A DNA stretch of 62,200 nt, filler included, from Babesia bigemina (taxonomy: Eukaryota): assembly GCF_000981445.1 (NCBI RefSeq). It is 8 parts of 8 records of this genome, joined end to end, with 100 filler letters (N's around TTAATTAATTAA, not from the genome) between each part and the next. Parts side by side here need not be neighbours in the genome. Positions count along the whole stretch, not along the records: positions 9,911 to 15,762 come from NW_012237191.1; positions 15,863 to 20,798 come from NW_012237192.1; positions 20,899 to 29,014 come from NW_012237193.1; 5 more parts are not named here. One strand, written 5' to 3'. Below the pieces are notes generated by a model. It was not told the DNA's origin. It made no database searches and saw nothing but the letters and a program-made list of their open reading frames with translations. Positions 9,911-21,902 of this stretch are shown one piece after another (the first letter of the stretch is position 1; each line of letters starts with the position of its first letter). The position numbers and the translations under genes are program-made.

Positions 9911-12511
9911 CTCAAGGAATTGGTTGGTGCGCAGCACGTAGAAATCATGAAATTAATTGACGAGGACAAAATCAGTGGTACGAAAGGTCTGCTAAACAAA
10001 ATTGAAACGTGGTTCCCACAACATGGTACACCCATCCTTTTCAAGACTCCATTGTCTTATGAATCAGTCACAACGGAGTTCAAGTATTTATTGGACTCTC
10101 TCCTCGAGTACACTGAGGAGCAGGTTAAGACACCGTATAAAACTCCCCTTAAGCCTGCCGAGAATGATAATTCTATCAAAGTGTATGACGTAAAATATTG
10201 TGCCGACAAGCTACTTAGTCAATTAACCTTCTCGAATCACTTTGATCAAGTCTTTAGTGATAACCTAACCGCGCTGAGAAAGCAACTCACCACTTTCACC
10301 CCCTCCAAGTTCAACGGCATTCACAACCCCGCGTTGGCAGATGCCTTACGTGCCGGTCTGACTGATTGCTGTGGTCAGCTCAACCACGCCTACGTTAACA
10401 GCTACTCCGGCCTGACCGTCGACTGGTCTAAGACAATTAACGGCAAACCGCAGTTGACCGACGACGCCGAACGGTGCGCTAAGCTTTTCCTCACCTGCTT
10501 GTCCACTCTGTTTGAATATCTCAGCAAGCTGATGAATGAGTGTCAGCACGCGTGGATATCTGACAAAATTCATTCAACTACGGATCTCGGAAAATGGTTC
10601 GGAGAGTGCGGCTTCCATGTTTCCACGTCTGACGCAAACCGGGACGGTGAGTTGAGGAATGAGTCGAAATTGCAGGGTCGTAACATCTTGCCTCTGATCA
10701 CTAAGGATAACCACGTTTTCAACAGATACTACGTAGGAAACCTGAAAGACATTTTCGGTTACCTACACGACTATCTTCGTGTCTGCCACCTCACTCCCCG
10801 TCCTAAGCCTAGGTCACCGTGCAGCGTGTACGACATGCTCTGCTGGCTGACTGGCCTCACTTACAGATCGTACTACCAAGACTTGTTACTTAACAGCTTT
10901 AGTGATTTGCTCGACAAGCCGGAAAAATCGGACGACGCTTTTGCGGTAGACGGTATCGGTCTCGAAATCCAAACTGCCAAATCCTTACTGGCGTATCCCC
11001 AAACCATCACCGCCGCGAATTTAACAGACGCCATCACAGAAGTATGCTACTACGCGGAAGATGTATTGATCACCGTACTCGGCCACGGAGATGCTGACTG
11101 CACGTACGCCGTTGAGCATTCCAACAACTCACTCAACTTGTATTATCCGCCTCGCAGTGAGGACTGCCTTCAGATGATCATCGATGTGCTTCGAAGTATG
11201 CTGCAGCCGCTCACATTTTTGAAAAAGCAATGCGCGCTGGAAACAAAATATTACGGTTGGCAGCAGTGTACGTATGGCAGCGGGGTTCAGCCTTCCTGTT
11301 GGCAGTGCGGTGAGCACTCTTCCATCTATCCGTCGTCCAGTCACGATTGTTCAGGCACGTCGCCCCTGCAGCTGTACCTGACTGACAGTCTAGGAGGCAT
11401 GTTGCCTCACAGTCTGAGTTCCATCGGTTGCAAGTCGTCATGTTCCACCTGCACCAAATCGTCACCTGGGATGCCATGTTTGACTCCCCTCGGATTCAGC
11501 CGTTTCTCGAGAGGTACGCGCACAGGTAAAGACCTAAGCAACGTGCTGACCAAATTCCTAAGTAACGACCATGTTGCGTGGCTGCTCACGCTGGTCCCCA
11601 AACCGCCATCCACATTGCCCGAACACTACGGTTTTGTCACGTCGCTTGTACTTAGCAGTGTTGTACCATTGACTCAACGGCAAGCTACACATAAATCTGT
11701 TGCTGATGCGTTTAAAAAGTGTATCTCCGAACAGACTATCGATCTCTATAATAATCCTACTGATTTGACAAACGCGCTCGGTAACGCATATGGCTGCAGC
11801 CAGACCGGTCATGAAGCAAAGAGCCATCTCCCTCCATATGCTGACTTGTCCAGCATTTCGATGACTAACACGTGCCCCGATCAAGATGTTCACTGCGCTC
11901 CATACATCGACTGCTTATCTGCCAACTGCTATAAATACATGGCCAAGCAACACGCTAACCTGTATTTTTCGTGGTCTATATATTTGCCATGGAATCTATG
12001 GAAATGTCTCTGTTCTCTACTTGACGCATTTGGAAGCATCAACTGCAAAAGTTTCGGGTGCCCCGGATGTTCATGTACACCATCATCTCACGGCGCCAAA
12101 CACAACTGCAGTTGCAGAGCTCTTGTATGTTGCCGTGCTGTGCTGCCAACGTTCTACAGATACGGGTTCACATTTAAGGACCCTAAAATGTTGCTGGATG
12201 GTAAGAACAGAAAGCGTTGCAGTCATTTCTACACTCAACTGGAGAGTGTAGTCAAATCGACGTATTTCACCAAACTATTCGATCAGTGCGATATGATCTT
12301 GTGGAGAATCCGTGAACCATTCTCCTACCTTGTCTTGGCCCTCTGGCTCCTCTCTTTGTTGTACCTCCTCCACATCATGGTCATCCGCCTAGACCTCCTC
12401 CACATCAAATCGCATCTACATAGTCCCTCATCACATCGCATTGCCGCTCAATCATTGTTGGCTGCTGCACGTGTTGGCAAACTGGGCAGGGTGTTTTATC
12501 TGCAACCGTAA
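9911..12511 (+). CDS. ves: ves/VESA-like gene, 3' part (class A tail); 5' truncated
   Basis: 863-aa ORF open to the contig start; family Cys-rich domain, TM segment and RVFYLQP tail. Confidence 0.85.
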   Translation, partial: LKELVGAQHVEIMKLIDEDKISGTKGLLNKIETWFPQHGTPILFKTPLSYESVTTEFKYLLDSLLEYTEEQVKTPYKTPLKPAENDNSIKVYDVKYCADKLLSQLTFSNHFDQVFSDNLTALRKQLTTFTPSKFNGIHNPALADALRAGLTDCCGQLNHAYVNSYSGLTVDWSKTINGKPQLTDDAERCAKLFLTCLSTLFEYLSKLMNECQHAWISDKIHSTTDLGKWFGECGFHVSTSDANRDGELRNESKLQGRNILPLITKDNHVFNRYYVGNLKDIFGYLHDYLRVCHLTPRPKPRSPCSVYDMLCWLTGLTYRSYYQDLLLNSFSDLLDKPEKSDDAFAVDGIGLEIQTAKSLLAYPQTITAANLTDAITEVCYYAEDVLITVLGHGDADCTYAVEHSNNSLNLYYPPRSEDCLQMIIDVLRSMLQPLTFLKKQCALETKYYGWQQCTYGSGVQPSCWQCGEHSSIYPSSSHDCSGTSPLQLYLTDSLGGMLPHSLSSIGCKSSCSTCTKSSPGMPCLTPLGFSRFSRGTRTGKDLSNVLTKFLSNDHVAWLLTLVPKPPSTLPEHYGFVTSLVLSSVVPLTQRQATHKSVADAFKKCISEQTIDLYNNPTDLTNALGNAYGCSQTGHEAKSHLPPYADLSSISMTNTCPDQDVHCAPYIDCLSANCYKYMAKQHANLYFSWSIYLPWNLWKCLCSLLDAFGSINCKSFGCPGCSCTPSSHGAKHNCSCRALVCCRAVLPTFYRYGFTFKDPKMLLDGKNRKRCSHFYTQLESVVKSTYFTKLFDQCDMILWRIREPFSYLVLALWLLSLLYLLHIMVIRLDLLHIKSHLHSPSSHRIAAQSLLAAARVGKLGRVFYLQP

Positions 12512-12638
12512 TCGTACTCACGTGTTTACTATCTGCACTCACCTAGCATATCACCTACTCACCTAACTTATAAATTGTGCTTTAATCTGTTGCATCACTC
12601 ACTCATCGTTGTATGCGATTGTGTAATAGTTAACTAAA

Positions 12639-13851
12639 GTGTTGACCAAGATGCTGCCCAACGTGCTGACCAAAGTGGTGACCAACGTGATGACCAATGT
12701 GCTGACCAAAGTGGTGACCAATGTGCTGACCAAAGTGGTGACCAACGTGTTGACCAATGTGGTGACCAATGTGCTGACCAAGGTGCTGACCAATGTGCTT
12801 ACCAAAGTGCTGACCAAAGTGCTGACCAATGCCATGACCAACGTGGTGACCAATGTGGTGACCAATGTGCTGCCCAAAGTGCTGACCAAGGTGGTGACCA
12901 ATGCCATGACCAACGTGCTGACCAACGTGGTGACCAACGTGGTGACCAAGTTGATAATTACGGCAGCGATGACTTGGTTACGGCAGCGATGACATGGTCA
13001 CGGCAGCGGTGACAGGGGATTCAGCAGCGATGACATGGTCACGGCAGCGATGACATTGACACGGCAGCGATGACATGGTCACGGCAGCGATGACATGGTC
13101 ACGGCAGCGATGACATTGACACGGCAGCGATGACATGGTCACGGCAGCGATGACATGGTCACGGCAGCGATGACAGTGACTCAGCAGCGATGACATGGAC
13201 ACGGCAGCGATGAAATGGACACGGCAGCGATGACATGGTCACGGCAGCGATGACATGGTTACGGCGACGATGACATGGTTACGGCGACGATGACATGGTC
13301 ACAAGTGGTCATATATTCACTGCAGCGATGACATGGTTACAAGTGGTGATTATTATCCACTCCACATCGCTCCCTAACCCACTCTACATCGCTCCCTAAC
13401 CCACTCTACATCGCTCCCTAACCCACTCTACATCGCCCCTTTATCCACTCTACATCGCTCCCTAACCCACTCTACATCGCTCCCTAACCCACTCTACATC
13501 GCCCCTTAACCCACTCTACATCGCTCCCTTATCCACTCTTCATCGCCCCTTAACCCACTCTACATCGCCCCTTTACCCACTCCACATCGCTCCTTATCCA
13601 CTCCACATCGCTCCTTATCCACTCTACATCGCTCCCTAACCCACTCCACATCGCTCCCTAACCCACTCCACATCGCTCCCTAACCCACTCCACATCGCTC
13701 CCTAACCCACTCTACATCGTCCCTTAACCCACTCCACATCGCTCCCTAACCCACTCTACATCGCCCCTTCATCCACTCTACATCGCCCCTTAACCCACTC
13801 TACATCGCCCCTTTATCCACTCTACATCGCTTCCTTAACACACTCTACATC
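12639..13851 (+). repeat. Ordered minisatellite triad: 12-bp (12639-12952), 20-bp (12955-13345), 21-bp (13354-13851)
   Basis: Same units and order as 2024-3150. Confidence 0.92.
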
Positions 13852-13913
13852 CCTTGAATCACCTCGCCATAATACCGCTATGACTTCTATAAACCATAGC
13901 AATAACTTGTGCC

Positions 13914-15762
13914 TTGTCACCCTTCGTCCCCTCTTCCAAGTCCCAGGCTCTTAAGTCTGTTGAAGAGAAGATTGTCCAGCTTGGTGAATTGGCTGGTAAG
14001 CTTGGAGGATTTGTTGGTGAGAGTGAGAGTGTTAAGAAAGCCGTTGTGAAGGCTATTATCGCCCAAATTAACAGTAATGAAGAGCTTAAAAATCTTTACT
14101 CTTCTCATGTTACTACCCTTTCTGAGTCTGTCAACTCTGTTGGCAAGGCTGATGACACCGATGAAATTAGTGAGCTTAAGCAGAAAGTTGCTGATCAAAT
14201 TAAGCTTCTTAAAGAACGTGAATTGCAACTTCAAAATCAATTAAAAGATCCTTCTTCTTCCCCCTCTCCCTCTGCTGACTCAGCCGAATTGCACTCCAAG
14301 TTGGAGGCTTTGAGGAAAGTGGAGAAGCTTTGTGAATTTTATGAGAAACTTAAAACTATGCCAAATGAGCCAAAAAAGCTCTTAGAGAATCTTTGTGACG
14401 GCCTTCAGACTTTCCTCGGCTTCGACTCTGCTTCCAAAGGCTACGATGGCAGTGGTATTGTGTACTCTGACCTAGATAGGCTGTGTGACGGGGTGATGGG
14501 ATTTTTGAGTGGTGTGCTTGGTGCGGTGAAAGATGATGATGCGGTTAAAACGTATGATAAAGATACCACAAAAAACATTAATACAGTTATTAAGACTTTG
14601 AATGATAATATTGGCTCCGGGCGTGCTGGGCTTGTGGAGTCTGTCGCGGAGGTGAAGGGGTGGTTGGAGGGGTATGAATTAGAATACAGCAAAAAAGCAA
14701 GCAACGTCACAGAGTTTTTAGGTGAGTTGAAAAGCAACATAGCAGGTAAATATACATCTCAAATTCGTGCAGGTGAGAAATTGACTAGACAGCTGGAGGA
14801 GTGGAGGCGCATCGTGGAGAACATCCAGAGTGACATAAAAACTATTGAAACTAATTATGTAATTTATTTAGACGATGAATTGAGATGTAAAATACGTAGT
14901 GAAATAATATTAGTTAAAAAATCCGTAGAGGTTTTACGTGATTCAGCTTGCAACATTAGTGTCAACGAACAGGCCAAGCACGTAGATACGCATTTAGATG
15001 AGCAAAAACGAAATCTGGAAAAAGCAGTCACAGATGGGAGTGAAAACGTTAAACGCACTTTACAAATAAATTTTACAAAAATACTCGACGCAATGTATGA
15101 CTTACGTGAACAAAGAAAACACCACTTTGAAAAGTGCTATGAGAGGTTAAGGGAGGCGAATAAACACTTGAAAAGTCGTTTAGACAAATATAGCGGCACT
15201 ACTCGAGATGAGATATTTAGGTTATTTGATGAGATAATAAAAGAAGTAAAGAAGATTTACGGTGATATGAACTACAAAAAAGGGGAACTGGAAATGTTAG
15301 TCGAGGGGGCTGAGAAGACGCTGTCTGAATTATCTAAGAATTTTGAGAAAGATGTGAAAGCGGGTGTGAAGCAGGATTTGACGGCATTGAATGGTAACGT
15401 AAATGCACTAAAAAATGGTATGAGATCAATTTCCAACGGTCATGAGATTGTAGGAAAGGCGTTGACTCAGCTTAGTGCGTCTAAGCAACAGCTGCTGAGA
15501 ACGACAGATCCAATTACGCAGAATTCAGAAGCACGGGTAGGTAAGTATAATGAAGACTTGAAGAAAAAATTCTACACCTTTGCGGAGGCACTAAAGGCGG
15601 CGAAATTGGATACTTTTCAAACAAAATTGCAGGCTGAATCCCGAAAACTTCGTAATTATTTTGAAAATCTGATGAAGATAAGTACTATCCAAAAGTGTCA
15701 ACATCGGGCAGAAGTGAGGTCAAGGATCTTGTAGAGGAACTAAATGGTGCCATCGGTACCAT
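13914..15762 (+). CDS. ves: ves/VESA-like gene, N-terminal helical part; true start uncertain, truncated by the contig end
   Basis: LGELAGKLGGFVGESE and LCDGLQTFLGFDSASKGYDGSGIVYSDLDRLCDGVMGFLSGVL motifs shared with the other copies. Confidence 0.75.
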
Positions 15763-15862
15763 NNNNNNNNNNNNNNNNNNNNNNNNNNNNNNNNNNNNNN
15801 NNNNNNTTAATTAATTAANNNNNNNNNNNNNNNNNNNNNNNNNNNNNNNNNNNNNNNNNNNN

Positions 15863-17385
15863 CCCAGTCCCCCTCCATCTGCGAACATATCAATCACTCA
15901 AGCAGCACTCACCAACTGCAACACTATCACTGCAGCTACCAGTCCCCTCAACCTGCAAACATATCGATCACCTAGCTACGCACTCACCAACTGCAACACG
16001 TACCACTGCCGCTCCCAGTCCCCTCCGCCTGCAAACATATCAACCACCTAGCAAAGCACTCACCAACTGCAACAGGTACATCTTCCCCTCCCAGTCCCCT
16101 CAGCCTGCAAGCATATCAATCACTCAAGCAGCACTCACCAACTGCAACACGTACCACTGCCGCTCCCAGTCCCCTCAACCTGCAAGCATATCAATCACGT
16201 AGCAACGCACTCACCAACTGCAACACGTACCACTGCCGCTCCCAGTCCCCTCAACCTTCGAACATGTCAATCACTTAAGCAACGCACTCACCAACTGCAA
16301 CACTACCACTGCCGCCCCCAGTCCCCTCAACCTGCAAAGCTATCAATCACTCAAGCAGCACTCACCAACTGCAACACGTACACTGCCGCGCCCAGTCCCC
16401 TCAACCTGCGAACATATCAATCACTCAAGCAGCACTCACCAACTGCAACACTATCACTGCAGCTACCAGTCCCCTCAACCTGCAAACATATCGATCACCT
16501 AGCTACGCACTCACCAACTGCAACACGTACCACTGCCGCTCCCAGTCCCCTCCGCCTGCAAACATATCAACCACCTAGCAAAGCACTCACCAACTGCAAC
16601 AGGTACATCTTCCCCTCCCAGTCCCCTCAGCCTGCAAGCATATCAATCACTCAAGCAGCACTCACCAACTGCAACACGTACCACTGCCGCTCCCAGTCCC
16701 CTCAGCCTGCAAACATATCAATCACCTAGCAACGCGCTCACCAACTGCAACACGTACCACTGCCGCTCCCAGTCCCCTCAACCTTCGAACATGTCAATCA
16801 CTTAAGCAACGCACTCACCAACTGCAACACTACCACTGCCGCCCCCAGTCCCCTCAACCTGCAAAGCTATCAATCACTCAAGCAGCACTCACCAACTGCA
16901 ACACGTACACTGCCGCGCCCAGTCCCCTCAACCTGCGAACATATCAATCACTCAAGCAGCACTCACCAACCGCAACACGTAACACTGCCGCTCCCACTCC
17001 CCTCAACCTGCAGACATATCAATCACTCAAGCAGCACTCACCAACTGCAACACGTACCACTGCCGCTACCACTCCCCTCAACCTGCGAACATATCAATCA
17101 CCTAGCAACGCACTCACCAACTGCAACACGTACCACTGCCGCTACCACTCCCCTCAGCCTGCAGACATATCAGTCACCTAGCAACGCACTCACCAACTGC
17201 AACACGTACCACTGCCGCTACCACTCCCCTCAGCCTGCAGACATATCAGTCACCTAGCAACGCACTCACCAACTGCAACACGTACCACTGCCGCTACCAC
17301 TCCCCTCAGCCTGCAGACATATCAGTCACCTAGCAACGCACTCACCTACTACAACACTTACCACTGCCGCTCCCAGTCCCCTCAT
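15863..17385 (-). repeat. ~75-bp mini-intron/exon tandem array (~20 units, ~527-bp higher-order duplication)
   Basis: Repeated + strand unit CAGTCCCCTCAACCTGC..ATATCAATCAC..GCACTCACCAACTGCAACAC..CCACTGCCGC. Confidence 0.9.
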
Positions 17386-17870
17386 CACCAAGGCACTCAC
17401 CCCTGTGTCCCCCCAGCACAGGCCACCGACACCCACGCTGCCCGGGATACCACGGCTGCCCTGCCGCGACGCATGTGATAAGCACCAACAGCCACTCTAA
17501 ATTATGTACTATTCGCAACGCCATAAGAATTGCAGCGAACCCCGTGCGCTCAACTCCCACAGTGCAGCAGCACCGTGCTACGAGCCGCGGTATCGGCGCC
17601 ATGCTTGCGGAGCGTGTCGGCTACGTGCCTAAATGTGATATTAACGATCGCTACATTGCTGCCTATAAATGCTACTTAACCAGGCCAACGCGGATTACGC
17701 CACCCTGCCAGTGACTCGCAACACATGACTTACGTCACCCGCCGCGGCCTTCACGGCCGCCTACGTAGCAACCAATCACCCAGCCTCACGTGAGACTGAC
17801 TCAATGGGCAACGCGGACACCTCTCACAGTCAACGCGTAACTCAACGCACCAGGCAAATAACGGTTCATC
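17386..17870. promoter_or_regulatory. Second copy of the conserved unique block
   Basis: Similar to 6306-6815 and 49880-50350. Confidence 0.45.
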
Positions 17871-17871
17871 C

Positions 17872-18440
17872 GTCAGCTTAGCACTTTGCCTGGGTGCTAG
17901 GTCAACACTTAGCCTGATTGCCAGCTTACCACTTTGCCTGAGTGCTTGCCTAGCACTTTGCCTGGTTGCTAGCTTAGCACGTTGCCTGGTTGCTAGCTTA
18001 GCACTTAGCTTGTGTGCTAGGTTAGCACTTAGCTTGCGTGCCAGCTTAGCACTTTGCCTGGGTGCTAGCTTAGCACTTTGCCTGGGTGCTAGGTCAACAC
18101 TTTGCCTGGTTGCCAGCTTAGCACGTTGCCGGGTTGCCAGCTTACCACTTTGCCTGGGTGCTAGGTTAGCACTTTGCCTGTGTGCTAGCTTAGCACTTTG
18201 CCTGGTTGCTAGGTTAACACTTTGCCTGGTTGCTAGCTTATCACTTTGCCTGGTTGCTAGGTTAGCACTTAGCCTGAGTGCCAGTTTAGCACTTTGCCTA
18301 GTTGCTAGCTTAGCACTTAGCCTAGTTGCTAGCTTAGCACTTTGCCTGCGTGCCAGCTTACCACTTTGCCTGGATGCTAGCTTAGCACTTTGCCTGGGTG
18401 CTAGCATAGCACTTAGCTTGGTTGCTAGCTTAGCACTTTG
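17872..18440. repeat. 21-bp GCTAG minisatellite
   Basis: Tandem 21-mers. Confidence 0.9.
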
Positions 18441-18585
18441 CTTCGTCGTTAACTCATCACCTAATCTAAACGCTATCTACTTCACAGGTTGCCGCTAGAG
18501 TAATTCGAGACATTAGACTACGTTTGTTGGTTAGGTGATTAGGTGATATGCTAGGTGAGTGTAGACAGTAAACACGTGATTACGA

Positions 18586-20586
18586 TTATGGTTGTAGGTA
18601 AAACACCCTGTTAAGCTTGTTAACGCGTCCAGCAGCAAGCAGTGATTGCGCGGCGATGCGATGTGATGAGGGACTATGTAAATGCGATTTGATGTGGAGC
18701 AGGTCTAGGCGGATGACCATGATGTGGAGCAGGTAGAGGAGAGAGAGGAGCCAGAGTGCGAGGATGGTCCAGAAGAATTTCTGTCTAATCGTCCAGAAGA
18801 AATTGGGTATGGTATTGTTTACGATGTTATAAAGTACATTACCTTCCTTCGTCACAAGTTGCAATAATGTGCAGAAATCTGTGCAGGTCCTTTTATGTGC
18901 GTCACCTGATACACCGCTGAGACTGCTAACGTTATTGTGTATGAAACCATATCTGAAGAATGTAGGACGAATGTACCCGCACTCGACAATTGATTTGCAG
19001 GCGTCACTGTGTTTCGAGGATGGAGCAAGTGGCTTCGCCTTTGTTTCGCAATCCTTCTTACATTTTCCAATTTTGCACTTCTTAGAATCCGCACCGCACG
19101 TTTTCTGGCAGTCCTCTAGCAACTTTTGAAGCGCAGTGTAGAATGTCTCCGTCAAGTAGACGATCCATGAAAGGTACTTGTCGGCGTGCTCTTTGGAGAA
19201 CATAGCACAGGTATCATAGCATAACGGTCTAAGATATGCGCCGCACGGGTGTGATGGATCTGACGCTGGGTTACCGTTGCATTTAACAAGAGCATAGAGA
19301 TCGCCGGTAAGATGGGTACTACTCTGGTCGCCTGTACTGGGATTATGTTTTCCGCTTCTGAACAACGAAGTCATGTCCAAAGTGGTTTTGGGATTTGCGA
19401 AGTCGGCGTCACTAACAGCTTTGTTAAATGCTGCCTCTCTATGTGCTTCACGTTTGGCATTGCGTTTACTGCTGTCATCCCAGTCAACAAGCAAGCTGTA
19501 GTAGAAGCCAAACATCTGGCCAAGCGTTTTGGGAGGAGTAGGAATAACACAATTAAATAAGCTGCAGAGTCTAGTGAGGGGAGACATTTGATTACCACAG
19601 TAACCAGCAAGCACATCGACGATACGTTGCCCCGTAGCCCTGTGCGATGCCCTATGACTGATACTTGAAAAACCGAAAGGCGTGATACACTCTATGCCGG
19701 AATGATCTTTAACCGAACAGACGACTTTGCCCTTTTCGTATTTGAGTTGATGCGGTAGGAACCCTTGCAAACCATCTTCGAGGAATGATTGCAATGGAGA
19801 TTTGACGCCGCACTTAGGGTGCTGGTCGCATCGTTGGTCAGCTCTTTGGTTACCATTTTGGTTGGCTCTTTGCCCACTGTTTTGGTTGCACGCTTGGTTG
19901 GCACATTGGTCGACGTTGCACCGCCAACCTGAGCCACCGACGCCTTGACCATATTCGCAATCAAGCCAGCCACTGAGCTCAGTGTTATATTGGCACTGGT
20001 TATATAGGAAGTGGAGCTGGCGGTAGAGACGGTTGACGACGTCACATATCATGCAAAGCAAGGTGTCCATATTGCTGGGATACATTAGAGCTCTGTTGTT
20101 TGTGTTGAACTCACACGCGTATACACCGTCACCATGGCCGTGGCCTAGAATGGTTGTGAGCACGTCATGTGAGTAGTGACATACCACTGCCAGAGCATCA
20201 CTCAAGGACGCTGCTGTGATCTTCTGTGGATATGCCTCCAAAGAGTCTGCGTCTTCAAGTTCCACTGGCATATCATCTATTAAATGATGCTTGGCTTCGC
20301 CATCTTCTGGCTTCTCAAACAATGCACTAAATCCGTCATGTGAGAGCGTTTCGTGGACTGGATTGTACGTGAGACCACAAAGCCACTGAAGCATGTCGTA
20401 GACGGAAGTAGGATATGTCTTGGCGGAGAAAGTGGATAGGTGACGAACGCTGTAGTAATCGTGGAGGTGGTCGAACAGCTTCTTGAGGAGTCCATGTTGC
20501 TGCTTGCTTTCTTCATCTTTCTTTTCGTCGTATTCGGTAACAAGCTTGTACGTTTGACCATCAATGCCCCTTATGTCTCCATCCAA
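18586..20586 (-). CDS. ves: ves/VESA-like gene, 3' part (class A tail); 5' truncated near the contig end
   Basis: 666-aa ORF; KSPLQSFLEDGLQGFLPH motif, TM segment and RVFYLQP tail. Confidence 0.85.
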   Translation of the reverse strand: MDGDIRGIDGQTYKLVTEYDEKKDEESKQQHGLLKKLFDHLHDYYSVRHLSTFSAKTYPTSVYDMLQWLCGLTYNPVHETLSHDGFSALFEKPEDGEAKHHLIDDMPVELEDADSLEAYPQKITAASLSDALAVVCHYSHDVLTTILGHGHGDGVYACEFNTNNRALMYPSNMDTLLCMICDVVNRLYRQLHFLYNQCQYNTELSGWLDCEYGQGVGGSGWRCNVDQCANQACNQNSGQRANQNGNQRADQRCDQHPKCGVKSPLQSFLEDGLQGFLPHQLKYEKGKVVCSVKDHSGIECITPFGFSSISHRASHRATGQRIVDVLAGYCGNQMSPLTRLCSLFNCVIPTPPKTLGQMFGFYYSLLVDWDDSSKRNAKREAHREAAFNKAVSDADFANPKTTLDMTSLFRSGKHNPSTGDQSSTHLTGDLYALVKCNGNPASDPSHPCGAYLRPLCYDTCAMFSKEHADKYLSWIVYLTETFYTALQKLLEDCQKTCGADSKKCKIGKCKKDCETKAKPLAPSSKHSDACKSIVECGYIRPTFFRYGFIHNNVSSLSGVSGDAHKRTCTDFCTLLQLVTKEGNVLYNIVNNTIPNFFWTIRQKFFWTILALWLLSLLYLLHIMVIRLDLLHIKSHLHSPSSHRIAAQSLLAAGRVNKLNRVFYLQP

Positions 20587-20898
20587 CTTCTTGTGAATAT
20601 GTCCGCCCCTGCACTCCGCCGTATTCCTCAGCTCACCGTTATGCTTGTTCGGGCTGAGCAGACAGTGTAACCTCAGCGCTTGAAGAAGCTACCAAGTGGA
20701 GTGGAGATCGTATCTCCATGTTGCGCAGCTTCGGTCAGTGCAATCATTTAGGCTCCCAGGGAGCTTAACGATTCTCTGATCGATGGCCCGGAAAAAGCNN
20801 NNNNNNNNNNNNNNNNNNNNNNNNNNNNNNNNNNNNNNNNNNTTAATTAATTAANNNNNNNNNNNNNNNNNNNNNNNNNNNNNNNNNNNNNNNNNNNN

Positions 20899-21778
20899 TG
20901 TAGAGTGGATTAAGGAGCGATGTAGAGTGGGTTAGGGAGCGATGTAGAGTGGATAAGGGGCGATGTAGAGTGGATTAAGGAGCGATGTAGAGTGGGTTAG
21001 GGAGCGATGTAGAGTGGGTTAGGGAGCGATGTAGAGTGGGTTAGGGAGCGATGTAGAGTGGATAAAGGGGCGATGTAGAGTGGGTTAGGGAGCGATGTGG
21101 AGTGGATAAAGCGGCGATGTGGAGTGGATTAAGGAGCGATGTAGAGTGGATAAGGGGCGATGTAGAGTGGGTAAAGGGGCGATGAAGGGTGGGTTAGGGA
21201 GCGGTAAGGAGTGGATAATAATCACCACTTTGGTCACCATGTCATCGCTGCCGTAACCATGTCACCGCTGCCGTAACCATGTCATCGCTGCCGTAACCAT
21301 GTCATCGCTGCCGTGACCATGTCATCGCTGCCGTGACCATGTCATCGCTGCCGTGTCCATGTCATCGCTGCCGTGTCCATGACATCGCTGCCGTGACCAT
21401 GTCATCGCTGCTGTGACCATGTCATCGCTGCTGTGACCATGTCATCGCTGCCGTGACCATCAACTTGGTCACCACTCTGGTCATGGCATTGGTCATGGCA
21501 TTGGTCAGCACTTTGGTCACCACTTTGGTCAGCACTTAGGTCACCACTTTGGTCATGGCATTGGTCAACACGTTGGTCAGCACGTTGATCATGGCATTGA
21601 TCAGCACCTTGGTCAGCACATAGGTCACCACTTTGGTCAACACGTTGGTCAGCGCCTAGGTCAGCACCTTGGTCAGCACTTTGGTCATGGCATTGGTCAG
21701 CACCTTGGTCAGCACTTAGGTCAGCTGCTTGGTCAGCACCTTGGTCATGGCATTGGGCAGCACTTTGGTCAGCACTTT
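20899..21778 (-). repeat. Minisatellite triad, reverse orientation: 21-bp (20899-21218), 20-bp (21232-21460), 12-bp (21461-21778)
   Basis: Reverse complements of the units at 2024-3150. Confidence 0.92.
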
Positions 21779-21902
21779 AGTTAACTATTACACAATCACA
21801 TACAACGATAAATGAGTGACACAACAGATTAAATCACAATTCATAAGTTAGGTGAGTAGGTGGTATGCTAGGTGAGTGTAGACAGTAAACACGTGAGTAC
21901 GA

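Noticed and set aside
15863..17385. CRISPR-like array interpretation of the ~75-bp repeats
   Set aside because: No unique spacers, since whole units are similar to one another; no cas genes; eukaryotic context.
17342..17714. ORFs in the conserved unique block (MAPIPRLVAR..., MISTNSHSK...)
   Set aside because: The copy at 6306-6815 has frame-shifting indels, so coding is not conserved.
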